Shown: positions 1 to 6,608, numbered from the stretch's first letter. The stretch: 26,672 bases of DNA from Candidatus Doudnabacteria bacterium Gr01-1014_77 (GCA_007375915.1 VMFF01000002.1:1-26672); one strand, 5' to 3'. Program-made: numbers and translations. Notes: generated by a model from the letters alone, not told the origin.

Positions 1-751
1 AGCGGGGGAGTTTTTTGTATAGCGAGTAAACACGTTTAACCCTTCCTTTTAAGTCTTCAAACTTAACGCCTTCTGTTTTAAGGATAGTTGAAACATCTCT
101 TTGAAGCTTCTTTAAAGCAGACTGTCTTCCTGAAAGCGCAGCTTCCAAAATGTCTTTAGTTTTCTTAAATGCCTCTGGGTTTGCAATCTCAAATGCAGAG
201 TCTTCTAATTCGTCCTTCCATTCCCCAATACCTAAACGGTTTGCTATAGGGGCGAAAATTTCAAGAGTTTCTTCAGCGATTCTTTTTTGTTTTTCTTTTT
301 TTACATACTGAATGGTGCGCATATTATGCACTCTGTCAGCAAGCTTAATTAAAATCACACGAATATCCTTAGATGTTGCCACAAACATCTTGCGTAAATT
401 TTCAACATAATATTTGTCTTTGCTGTTTCTTAAACGCACTTTCCCAAGTTTAGTTACTCCATCAACTAAAGATGCGACCTCTTTCCCAAATTCTTTTTCA
501 ATTTCTAAAAGACCAACTTTTGTATCTTCAGGGACATCGTGCAAAAGTGTTGCAGCTATAGTTGTTGCATTCGGGAAAATCCTTCCAAGAATCAAAGCAG
601 CTTCTTGAGGGTGTATGACATATTCTTCTCCGGAAAAACGTTTCTGCCCTTTATGTGCATCCACAGCAAACTTAAAAGCACGCTCTAAAAGCTCTTTGTC
701 CTTGTCTTTGAACTTAAATTGAATCTTGGTTATAAACCCGTTGAAATCCAT
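1..751 (-). CDS. relA: RelA/SpoT homologue, bifunctional (p)ppGpp hydrolase/synthetase; N-terminal part only, runs off the window
   Basis: Absent from the ORF track because it is truncated. Manual translation from ATG at 751 gives MDFNGFITKIQFKFKDKDKELLERAFKFAVDAHKGQKRFSGEEYVIHP...LLHDVPED...VDGVTKLGK...VILIKLADRVHNMRT...IFAPIANRLGI...GRVKRVYSLYKK, which contains the RSH HD-domain motifs. Confidence 0.96.
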   Translation of the reverse strand, partial: MDFNGFITKIQFKFKDKDKELLERAFKFAVDAHKGQKRFSGEEYVIHPQEAALILGRIFPNATTIAATLLHDVPEDTKVGLLEIEKEFGKEVASLVDGVTKLGKVRLRNSKDKYYVENLRKMFVATSKDIRVILIKLADRVHNMRTIQYVKKEKQKRIAEETLEIFAPIANRLGIGEWKDELEDSAFEIANPEAFKKTKDILEAALSGRQSALKKLQRDVSTILKTEGVKFEDLKGRVKRVYSLYKKLPR

Positions 752-891
752 ATATTTCTATCTCTTCCTCTAATTATATGCTACAACTAGCATAACCAGA
801 AACAAGCTGTCAAAGGTGAAAAATTTTAGTTTTAAGACTTAATCCATTAATTTGATATACTGCTTAAAGAAGCCTTAAACAAGGAGCATTT

Positions 892-1242
892 ATGCAAGAT
901 GATAAATGGAACATGCTGATAGAACATGCTAAAAAGTCCTTTAGAGACGTGGATTTAAGGACAGAGGATTTAACTGCTGAAACAGCCGATGGATTAGTAA
1001 AACAGGGAACAGAGGAAATCCTCGAGTTTACGAATGACAAAGGGAGATTTAGGTTAATACGAGAAACAAAGCCTGTGGTATTAGAAAAAAAGATGCACTA
1101 TTCTCACAGACAAGGGGATAGCGCTAGAACTGAATATGTTTTTTCAGACACAGAGAAAACACACAGAATGCGTTTCTTCAAAGAAGACGGTTATGATGAA
1201 TGGAGAGAGTTAGAAGCAGATAACATCACTCATATATTTTAA
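892..1242 (+). CDS. Hypothetical protein, 116 aa, acidic and soluble
   Basis: Clean ORF with AAGGAG SD upstream of the ATG; 2-nt gap to the next gene. Confidence 0.85.
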   Translation: MQDDKWNMLIEHAKKSFRDVDLRTEDLTAETADGLVKQGTEEILEFTNDKGRFRLIRETKPVVLEKKMHYSHRQGDSARTEYVFSDTEKTHRMRFFKEDGYDEWRELEADNITHIF

Positions 1243-1244
1243 CA

Positions 1245-2096
1245 ATGCTTGCTGAACAAATATTAAAAACCATAAAGTATTTTGATGTTCAAAATCACCC
1301 TTTGACGCTTTTAGAAATACACAAATATCTACTTGCAGACAGAGGAACAAAAGCAACGGTTTCAGAAATACTCACTATTCTAGAAACAGATTTAAAAGAC
1401 AAAATTCAAACCTCAAATGGTTTCTACTATTTAACAGGACGTGATGAAATCTCAGAACAAAGACTAAAGAATAATCTTTTTGCAACCAAACGACTTAAAA
1501 GAACAAAAAGATATTTGTCTAAAATTAAGTACCTCCCGTTTATAACAGGGATTGCGGTTGGCGGTTCAGAAGCAATAACCAACACAAGAGAAACAAGTGA
1601 CATTGATATATTTGTTTTAACCAAACCAAACAGAATTTGGCTTGCAAGGCTTTTTCTTACTGCATACTTTCAGATATTAGGAGTCAGAAGGCATGGTAAA
1701 AAAACAGCAAACCGTTTTTGCTTAAACCATTACATAGAACAAGGCAAACTACTTAACAGAGAACAGCATATATATTCAGCAGTAGAATATATCTCTTTAA
1801 TCCCATACTTTGGTGGAGGTGAAATCTATGAGTTTCAAAAAACAAACCTTTCTTGGATGAAAGAATATTTAGCTCAACCACAAATTGTTCAGTACACAAC
1901 ACCAAAAGCATCAGTGATAGCAAAGATATTTGAAAAGATATTAGATAACAAAGTAGGGGACTTCTTAGAAAACATAGCAGGAAAATTACAGACAAAAAAA
2001 ATACACCTACAAGATAGTATAGTGCTAGAAAAAGATGAACTTGCTTTTCACCCAGGAAACAAGGGAAGGCAAGTAATGAGCAAATTCAACCCTTAA
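1245..2096 (+). CDS. Nucleotidyltransferase (Pol-beta superfamily) domain protein, 283 aa
   Basis: GGSEA...SDIDIFVL matches the GS-x(n)-DxD motif; the N-terminal region looks like a winged helix. Confidence 0.75.
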   Translation: MLAEQILKTIKYFDVQNHPLTLLEIHKYLLADRGTKATVSEILTILETDLKDKIQTSNGFYYLTGRDEISEQRLKNNLFATKRLKRTKRYLSKIKYLPFITGIAVGGSEAITNTRETSDIDIFVLTKPNRIWLARLFLTAYFQILGVRRHGKKTANRFCLNHYIEQGKLLNREQHIYSAVEYISLIPYFGGGEIYEFQKTNLSWMKEYLAQPQIVQYTTPKASVIAKIFEKILDNKVGDFLENIAGKLQTKKIHLQDSIVLEKDELAFHPGNKGRQVMSKFNP

Positions 2097-2104
2097 AATG
2101 AACC

Positions 2105-2137
2105 GAGGCCCCGCAGACAGATTCGTCTGGGGGCCTC
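2105..2137. terminator. GC-rich hairpin between convergent genes
   Basis: GAGGCCCC-g-CAGAC-agattc-GTCTG-GGGGCCTC, 13 bp with one bulge. Confidence 0.7.
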
Positions 2138-2146
2138 ATGTGGTGC

Positions 2147-2311
2147 TCACGGCGCCTTCGTGTCGACAGCGGTCGCGGCGGCCGGCGTCTTGTTGGCCGA
2201 CTTCTTCGTGGGAAGGTTGTTGACCACGAAGAAACCGATGACAGCCACGATGACGATGACAAACGCGATCAGCCCAATGCTTGGGCCTTCGGGCTTGGAC
2301 TCCTTGTACAT
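2147..2311 (-). CDS. GC-rich small single-pass membrane protein, 54 aa (MYKESKPEGPSIGLIAFVIVIVAVIGFFVVNNLPTKKSANKTPAAATAVDTKAP)
   Basis: CAGGAGGAACC-ATG gives a strong SD at the internal Met of the 80-aa track ORF; one hydrophobic helix; promoter upstream and hairpin downstream. Confidence 0.75.
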   Translation of the reverse strand: MYKESKPEGPSIGLIAFVIVIVAVIGFFVVNNLPTKKSANKTPAAATAVDTKAP

Positions 2312-2379
2312 GGTTCCTCCTGCGATCCCTCGCAGGTTGAGGTGAAAATCTACTGCATACTGCGTGGGGGTTTCATTGC

Positions 2380-2408
2380 ATATTGCCACATCTATTTTAA
2401 AAAATCAA
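2380..2408 (-). promoter_or_regulatory. Putative sigma70 promoter for the 54-aa gene
   Basis: On the minus strand, TTGATT-N17-CAATAT with an extended -10 TGn. Confidence 0.5.
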
Positions 2409-2414
2409 GCACAG

Positions 2415-2448
2415 AAAAACATCCTAAAGAACGCTCTTTAGGGTATTT
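2415..2448 (-). terminator. Intrinsic terminator after the NERD gene
   Basis: CCTAAAGA-gcgt-TCTTTAGG followed by ATGTTTTT on the minus strand. Confidence 0.65.
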
Positions 2449-2461
2449 AGATTACACTTAT

Positions 2462-3115
2462 TTAAACTTTCTTTATTATTTCTGCAATATATCCAGGTTC
2501 CGAAACCGCGTGTTTGTAGCTGTTTAGTATTAAATCAACTAACTGATCTTTATGTACAAAAGAAACATCAGCAGAAGTATTTTCAATTCCACCCCTCCTG
2601 TTATTAGGCATAACTAAAAGTGCTTCTACCCAAACTTTTTTTCTACAATATGCATTAATGAAATGTTTTAACTTCATTGCACCGCGATGTGATTGGTTTA
2701 AGAAAGCGTGCAATTGTCCGGCATTTGGATGGTAGTGACTCTTAACTTCAATTGCAAAAATTCCTGTTGGACCAATTACTGCAAAATCAATATCACCACC
2801 GTGTCTTAAAGAAAGATCTTGGAAAACATAAAAGTCATGAGGTAATCTGAGAAGCTCTCTTTTGATACTTTCTTCTCCCCAAATTCCTCTTGAAAATCTA
2901 TGAGATCTTTTTTCAAAGAGTTTTGCCAAAGAGTATCCAAGTGGAATTAAAAGAACAATTAAAAGCATCCAATCAGAAAGAGAAGAATAGCTATCAATGT
3001 CTCGTTGGCTTAAATAGCTTAGAAACAAAAACAATCCCAAAGTTATTACAAACAGAAGAATGAAAAGAGTTTCTTTTCTTTGCAGGAAACTGCTTTTTTT
3101 AATGTATATAGCCAT
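2462..3115 (-). CDS. Membrane-anchored NERD (nuclease-related domain) protein
   Basis: Two N-terminal hydrophobic helices, then GIWGEE...GDIDFAVIGPTGIFAIEVKSH, a NERD/PD-(D/E)xK-like signature. Confidence 0.85.
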   Translation of the reverse strand: MAIYIKKSSFLQRKETLFILLFVITLGLFLFLSYLSQRDIDSYSSLSDWMLLIVLLIPLGYSLAKLFEKRSHRFSRGIWGEESIKRELLRLPHDFYVFQDLSLRHGGDIDFAVIGPTGIFAIEVKSHYHPNAGQLHAFLNQSHRGAMKLKHFINAYCRKKVWVEALLVMPNNRRGGIENTSADVSFVHKDQLVDLILNSYKHAVSEPGYIAEIIKKV

Positions 3116-3155
3116 TACTGTATTATTCTAGCACTTTTAAGCCCCTTTTGGAGCC

Positions 3156-3185
3156 TTGACAGGAGTGCTATTTTATTGTTAATAT
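3156..3185 (+). promoter_or_regulatory. Putative sigma70 promoter for the GC-rich 3.2-3.56 kb element
   Basis: TTGACA-N18-TAATAT with an extended -10 TGn. Confidence 0.6.
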
Positions 3186-3187
3186 GC

Positions 3188-3307
3188 TTTTTCTACAGTA
3201 TATTCCTGCAGCCGCTCGCGAGAGCGAAGCGGAAGTAACAACGAGCCCAGAGGGCGAGTGGCTGTAGGAAAAACCTTCGTTCTGGCACTAAGGTCCAGAC
3301 ACGGAGG
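3188..3307 (+). promoter_or_regulatory. Structured RNA leader or ncRNA candidate
   Basis: A 17-bp helix (3203-3219/3254-3270) with two G-U pairs that form only on the + strand, and a 12-bp bulged hairpin at 3274-3307. Confidence 0.6.
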
Positions 3308-3334
3308 ATCACGTTCCAAAGGAGGATCACCCAG

Positions 3335-3484
3335 ATGACCACGACGAGCACCGGCCGACCGCGGACGCGCAAGCCCCAGACGAATCCGAATTCCGTTGAC
3401 GCGACGACCCAGGGCGACGGCAGCGCGCAGCAGGGCACCGACAAGCCTGCCACGCAGTCCGACGGCAGCGGCACCGCGCAGTAG
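3335..3484 (+). CDS. GC-rich small ORF, 49 aa, predicted disordered (MTTTSTGRPRTRKPQTNPNSVDATTQGDGSAQQGTDKPATQSDGSGTAQ)
   Basis: Below the track cut-off. AAGGAGG-atcacccag-ATG start, third codon positions almost all G/C, stop TAG followed by hairpins. Confidence 0.7.
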   Translation: MTTTSTGRPRTRKPQTNPNSVDATTQGDGSAQQGTDKPATQSDGSGTAQ

Positions 3485-3511
3485 CAACAGCGGCGCCGGG
3501 TCACCAGGGAA

Positions 3512-3601
3512 GCTCGCCCCGAGGCGCTCGGGGCGAGCAACCCCAGGTTTTACCTGGGAACAAGCAAGAAAGCAGCAACCAACCGGTTTGTCTGCTTTTT
3601 T
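3512..3601. terminator. Three tandem hairpins, the last followed by a U-run
   Basis: GCTCGCCCCGAG-gcg-CTCGGGGCGAGC (12 bp), CCCAGGT-ttt-ACCTGGG (7 bp), and AAAGCAG...CTGCTTTTTT. Confidence 0.7.
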
Positions 3602-3620
3602 GACGCCTTGCTTTAGGCTC

Positions 3621-3649
3621 TTGACAAAGTACCAATATTTAGTTAATAT
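3621..3649 (+). promoter_or_regulatory. Sigma70 promoter upstream of rpmF-nusB
   Basis: TTGACA-N17-TAATAT. Confidence 0.75.
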
Positions 3650-3671
3650 TCCGAGTTAAAACAAAATATTA

Positions 3672-3768
3672 GTTATGGCTCCTGATTTCGTACATACGGA
3701 TTGGGGGCAACCCAAAAGGCTTGTGTAAGAGCATTTATTTATGAGGCTCTATGGCACGAGTCTTTTTG
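3672..3768 (+). ncRNA. Two-hairpin leader or sRNA candidate upstream of rpmF
   Basis: Long G-U-rich hairpin at 3672-3711, and a 13-bp helix (3714-3726/3754-3766) ending in a U-tract. Confidence 0.45.
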
Positions 3769-3838
3769 TTTTGCATATTTAATATTTTGTTAACAAGTTT
3801 TTAATGTTTTTTGCGTATTAATAGTAAATCATAAAACT

Positions 3839-4015
3839 ATGGGTGTTCCAAAAAAGCACAAGACCAGATCAGGAAGAGACCAGAGAAGATCTCACCATGC
3901 TTTAAAAGCAAAGATATATGCAGCTTGCAAAAACTGTGGCGCTCCAACAAGAACGCATGAAATTTGTCAGAGCTGTGGTTTTTACAAGGGACGTCAGGTC
4001 CGTAAAGTTAAATAA
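3839..4015 (+). CDS. rpmF: 50S ribosomal protein bL32, zinc-binding C+ form, 58 aa
   Basis: Absent from the track. Translates as MGVPKKHKTRSGRDQRRSHHALKAKIYAACKNCGAPTRTHEICQSCGFYKGRQVRKVK, with two CxxC pairs and GFYKG. Confidence 0.97.
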   Translation: MGVPKKHKTRSGRDQRRSHHALKAKIYAACKNCGAPTRTHEICQSCGFYKGRQVRKVK

Positions 4016-4024
4016 CCGAGAAAC

Positions 4025-4459
4025 ATGGCAAACCGACATCTCTCACGAACAGTAACAATGCAAACCCTGTATGAGTGGGATTTTAACGGTAGAAAAGAAC
4101 AACTCAAAGATTTAGCAAAGCATAATATAGAACAGCTGGCTCCAGGAATGGAAGATACTGCATTCATCTATGATTTGTTAGGCGGGGTTGAATCTCATCT
4201 TGAAGATATAGACAAAACAATTATTGAGACTGCTCCAGAATGGCCATTGGATCAAATTACAGTAGTTGATAGAAATATCTTACGCATCGGAATATTTGAA
4301 CTTCTCTATGAAAAGCAGGTGCCTCCAAAAGTCGCTATAAACGAAGCAGTAGAATTAGGAAAGACATTTGGTGGAGAGTCATCTGGCAAGTTCGTAAACG
4401 GTGTGTTGGGAACTCTTTATAAAAAACTATTTCCTGAAGAGACTTTAAAGGTAGAGTAA
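4025..4459 (+). CDS. nusB: Transcription antitermination factor NusB
   Basis: RHLSR...[35 protein letters not shown] and KFVNGVLG are NusB motifs. Confidence 0.97.
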   Translation: MANRHLSRTVTMQTLYEWDFNGRKEQLKDLAKHNIEQLAPGMEDTAFIYDLLGGVESHLEDIDKTIIETAPEWPLDQITVVDRNILRIGIFELLYEKQVPPKVAINEAVELGKTFGGESSGKFVNGVLGTLYKKLFPEETLKVE

Positions 4460-4473
4460 AGTCGACTTCTAAC

Positions 4474-4502
4474 AAAAAGACCTTCCTAAAGAAGGTCTTT
4501 TT
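4474..4502 (+). terminator. Intrinsic terminator after nusB
   Basis: AAAAAGACCTTC-ctaaa-GAAGGTCTTTTT. Confidence 0.85.
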
Positions 4503-4529
4503 GTTTTGTCATTAAAAGAGGGGAGAAAT

Positions 4530-5081
4530 ATGAAATATATCACAATTGCCTTAATGGCAATAACAGTGTTGCTAACTGGAAGTATTGCTTTAGCACAAGA
4601 AATACCGGTACATGCTCAAGCACAGTCTGTTGAGAGCGCTGAATTAACAACAGAGATTCAATCTCAAAGTAGTACAACCACAACAAAGCCAAAGCAAGCA
4701 ACCAAGAAGAAAAAGACCAAGAAAAAAGCAACCAAAAAACAGACTAAGGCAAAGAATACAAATGCAAAAAAAGAAGTTAAGCCCAAGAAGACTACAAAAA
4801 AGACAAGCACGAAGAAACCGAAGAAAAGCAAAAGCATTTCAACAAATACAACATCAGATGTTGAAAGAGCTAACCTTGGGACAACCAAAGATACTTTAAA
4901 GGTCGAACAACCTGATGCTTTAGGACAGTTAATAAACAGCGGAACGATTGATTTGCAAGCACAGTCTACTGAAGATCCGGTTCCTCGAAAAACCGCTCGA
5001 AAAGGATTAGCTGTAGTTGGGATATCAGGGTTTAGTGGCTTGGGTTTGATGCTCCTACTTAAGAAATTCTTCCCACATTAA
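4530..5081 (+). CDS. Exported Lys/Thr-rich low-complexity protein with a C-terminal membrane anchor
   Basis: GAGGGGAG SD before ATG 4530; signal peptide ending ALA-Q; central KKxTKK-rich tract; C-terminal hydrophobic helix followed by KK. Confidence 0.8.
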   Translation: MKYITIALMAITVLLTGSIALAQEIPVHAQAQSVESAELTTEIQSQSSTTTTKPKQATKKKKTKKKATKKQTKAKNTNAKKEVKPKKTTKKTSTKKPKKSKSISTNTTSDVERANLGTTKDTLKVEQPDALGQLINSGTIDLQAQSTEDPVPRKTARKGLAVVGISGFSGLGLMLLLKKFFPH

Positions 5082-5163
5082 TCAAGCATTAAGCGGTTGC
5101 CAAAAGGCCTCTGCTTAAGGTATACTAGTGGGGAATTATTTTAAGAAAAGCAGTACAAAAGAA

Positions 5164-5445
5164 ATGAATAAAAATGAACTAATAGAAAGCCTTGCAGGAA
5201 AGCTTGCTCTGCCAAGATCAGAAGCAGAGAGAATGCTTAATACCTTGGTTGATGTAATTTCTGAAACTCTTAAAAAAGGTGACGAAGTAAACATTACTGG
5301 GTTTGGTCAGTTTTCCGTAAGTAACAGAGCAGCAAGAGCAGGAGTAAATCCTCAGAACCCAACAGAGAGAATTCAGATTGCTGCAACAAAAGTTCCAAAG
5401 TTCAGAGCAGGCAAGAGTTTGAAAGAAGCGGTAAAAAGCGAATAA
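5164..5445 (+). CDS. hup: DNA-binding protein HU
   Basis: MNKNELI...ITGFGQF...RAARAGVNPQ...VPKFRAGKSLKEAV. The start is placed at ATG 5164 because the track's GTG 5128 abuts a -10 box (TTGCCA-N18-TATACT, 5097-5126). Confidence 0.97.
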   Translation: MNKNELIESLAGKLALPRSEAERMLNTLVDVISETLKKGDEVNITGFGQFSVSNRAARAGVNPQNPTERIQIAATKVPKFRAGKSLKEAVKSE

Positions 5446-5456
5446 CTAGAAATATG

Positions 5457-5480
5457 TTTGGCCAGAAGTTTCTGGCCAAA
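5457..5480. repeat. Perfect 11-bp inverted repeat 6 nt upstream of tRNA-Pro
   Basis: TTTGGCCAGAA-gt-TTCTGGCCAAA. Confidence 0.9.
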
Positions 5481-5486
5481 CTTTAA

Positions 5487-5563
5487 CGGGAACTGGCTCA
5501 ATTGGCTAGAGCGCTCGCTTTGGGAGCGAGAGGTTCCGGGTTCGAGTCCCGGGTTCCCGACCA
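5487..5563 (+). tRNA. tRNA-Pro (TGG)
   Basis: Cloverleaf with acceptor CGGGAAC/GTTCCCG, anticodon arm CTCGC-ttTGGga-GCGAG, TTCGA T-loop and encoded CCA. Confidence 0.97.
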
Positions 5564-5614
5564 AAATAATTCCGGTTTCTCCGGTTTTTATTTAAGTTCA
5601 AATTAGGAGGTTTT

Positions 5615-6289
5615 GTGAGAGCACATTTAAAACAAAAGGCTTTAAAGCTACGAAAAGAAGGTTGGTCGTACAGCGTCATTAAGAGAAGAACAGGAGTGCC
5701 TAAAAGTACTCTTAGTAATTGGCTTGGCAATTTACCGTATAGACCAAACTCAGAAGTTAGAAAGAGCATGAAAGAAGGACCTTTGCGTTCTGCTGTCATG
5801 CGCAGAAAAGCAAAGATCAGGAACACAAGAGAGATTAAAACATCGGCAGCAAGAGAATTAGGTAAGCTTTCCAAAAGAGATAAATGGATGTTGGGTTTAG
5901 GTATTTATATGGGCGAGGGTTCAAAGACCCATGATAACATCCGGGTTATAAACTCAAATCCAGAAATAATTAAAAGTGCTGTTAAATGGTTTAGTGATAT
6001 TTGTGATGTTCCATTAGAAAATTTTGGTATAAGGGTACATTCGTATCCAGATATTGATGAAAAGGAATGCAGGGCATATTGGTCCAAAGTTTCTGGTATA
6101 CCTTTAAGTCAGTTTTTTAAGAGTCACATAGATACAAGGACAAACAAGTCAGTTTCGAAAAAACATAAGCTACAATATGGAACAGCGCATTTAATAATTA
6201 AGAGTTGTGGAAAAATAAAATTTGGGGTAATCTTACATAGAAGAATTATGGGCTGGATCGAAGAAGCCTATAAGCAAATGCGGGTATAG
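5615..6289 (+). CDS. HTH plus LAGLIDADG-like (homing-endonuclease-like) protein between two tRNAs
   Basis: AGGAGG SD with GTG start; N-terminal HTH (ALKLRKEGWSYSVIKRRTGVPKSTLSNWL); LGLGIYMGEGSK...RVINSNPEII resembles a single LAGLIDADG helix. The stop codon lies inside tRNA-Gly. Confidence 0.7.
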   Translation: MRAHLKQKALKLRKEGWSYSVIKRRTGVPKSTLSNWLGNLPYRPNSEVRKSMKEGPLRSAVMRRKAKIRNTREIKTSAARELGKLSKRDKWMLGLGIYMGEGSKTHDNIRVINSNPEIIKSAVKWFSDICDVPLENFGIRVHSYPDIDEKECRAYWSKVSGIPLSQFFKSHIDTRTNKSVSKKHKLQYGTAHLIIKSCGKIKFGVILHRRIMGWIEEAYKQMRV

Positions 6290-6353
6290 TTTAGTGGTCA
6301 AACGCCTCCCTTCCAAGGAGAAGTCGCGGGTTCGATTCCCACTACCCGCTCCA
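6280..6353 (+). tRNA. tRNA-Gly (TCC)
   Basis: Acceptor GCGGGTA/TACCCGC, loop ctTCCaa, TTCGA T-loop and encoded CCA; contains two C-A mismatches (see findings). Confidence 0.92.
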
Positions 6354-6543
6354 GATATCAATGAATTTAAATTGCGGAATATCCGCATTTTTTTGTCCAC
6401 AAGAATTTTTGGTTGTTCTCATTTGAAACCATGGGGCATAGTCATTGATAAGTAGATATATACTAGATCGTCATGAAGGATGGATAACTAAATTAGCTGA
6501 AAAAGTTGGTTTTACATCTAAGTCACTAAATATAGGTAAACAC

Positions 6544-6565
6544 AAAACCCCCGAAAGGGGGTTTT
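6544..6565. terminator. Symmetric intrinsic terminator
   Basis: AAAACCCCC-GAAA-GGGGGTTTT. Confidence 0.85.
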
Positions 6566-6573
6566 GTTATGGT

Positions 6574-6602
6574 TTGACAATATTACCAAAAGATTATATA
6601 AT
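6574..6602 (+). promoter_or_regulatory. Perfect consensus sigma70 promoter with no credible ORF behind it
   Basis: TTGACA-N17-TATAAT. Confidence 0.85.
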
Positions 6603-6608
6603 GCTTTC

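Noticed and set aside
3322-3333. GAGGATCACCCA is identical to the core of the MS2 operator hairpin
   Set aside because: Only 3 bp of the stem can form and the lower stem is absent. The match is largely explained by an SD preceding a start codon.
3188-3601. tmRNA (structured RNA with an internal short ORF)
   Set aside because: There is no tRNA-Ala-like acceptor or T-arm and no CCA end. The peptide has its own SD and ATG and lacks a hydrophobic/AA tag end.
3179-3659. Track ORFs 3179-3487(-), 3193-3540(-) and 3396-3659(+)
   Set aside because: These are GC-rich shadow frames with no SD that cross hairpins and promoters. The 3335-3484 frame has the SD and the codon bias.
5128-5163. N-terminal extension of HU from GTG 5128
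   Set aside because: The GTG lies 1 nt after a -10 box, and HU homology begins at MNK (5164).
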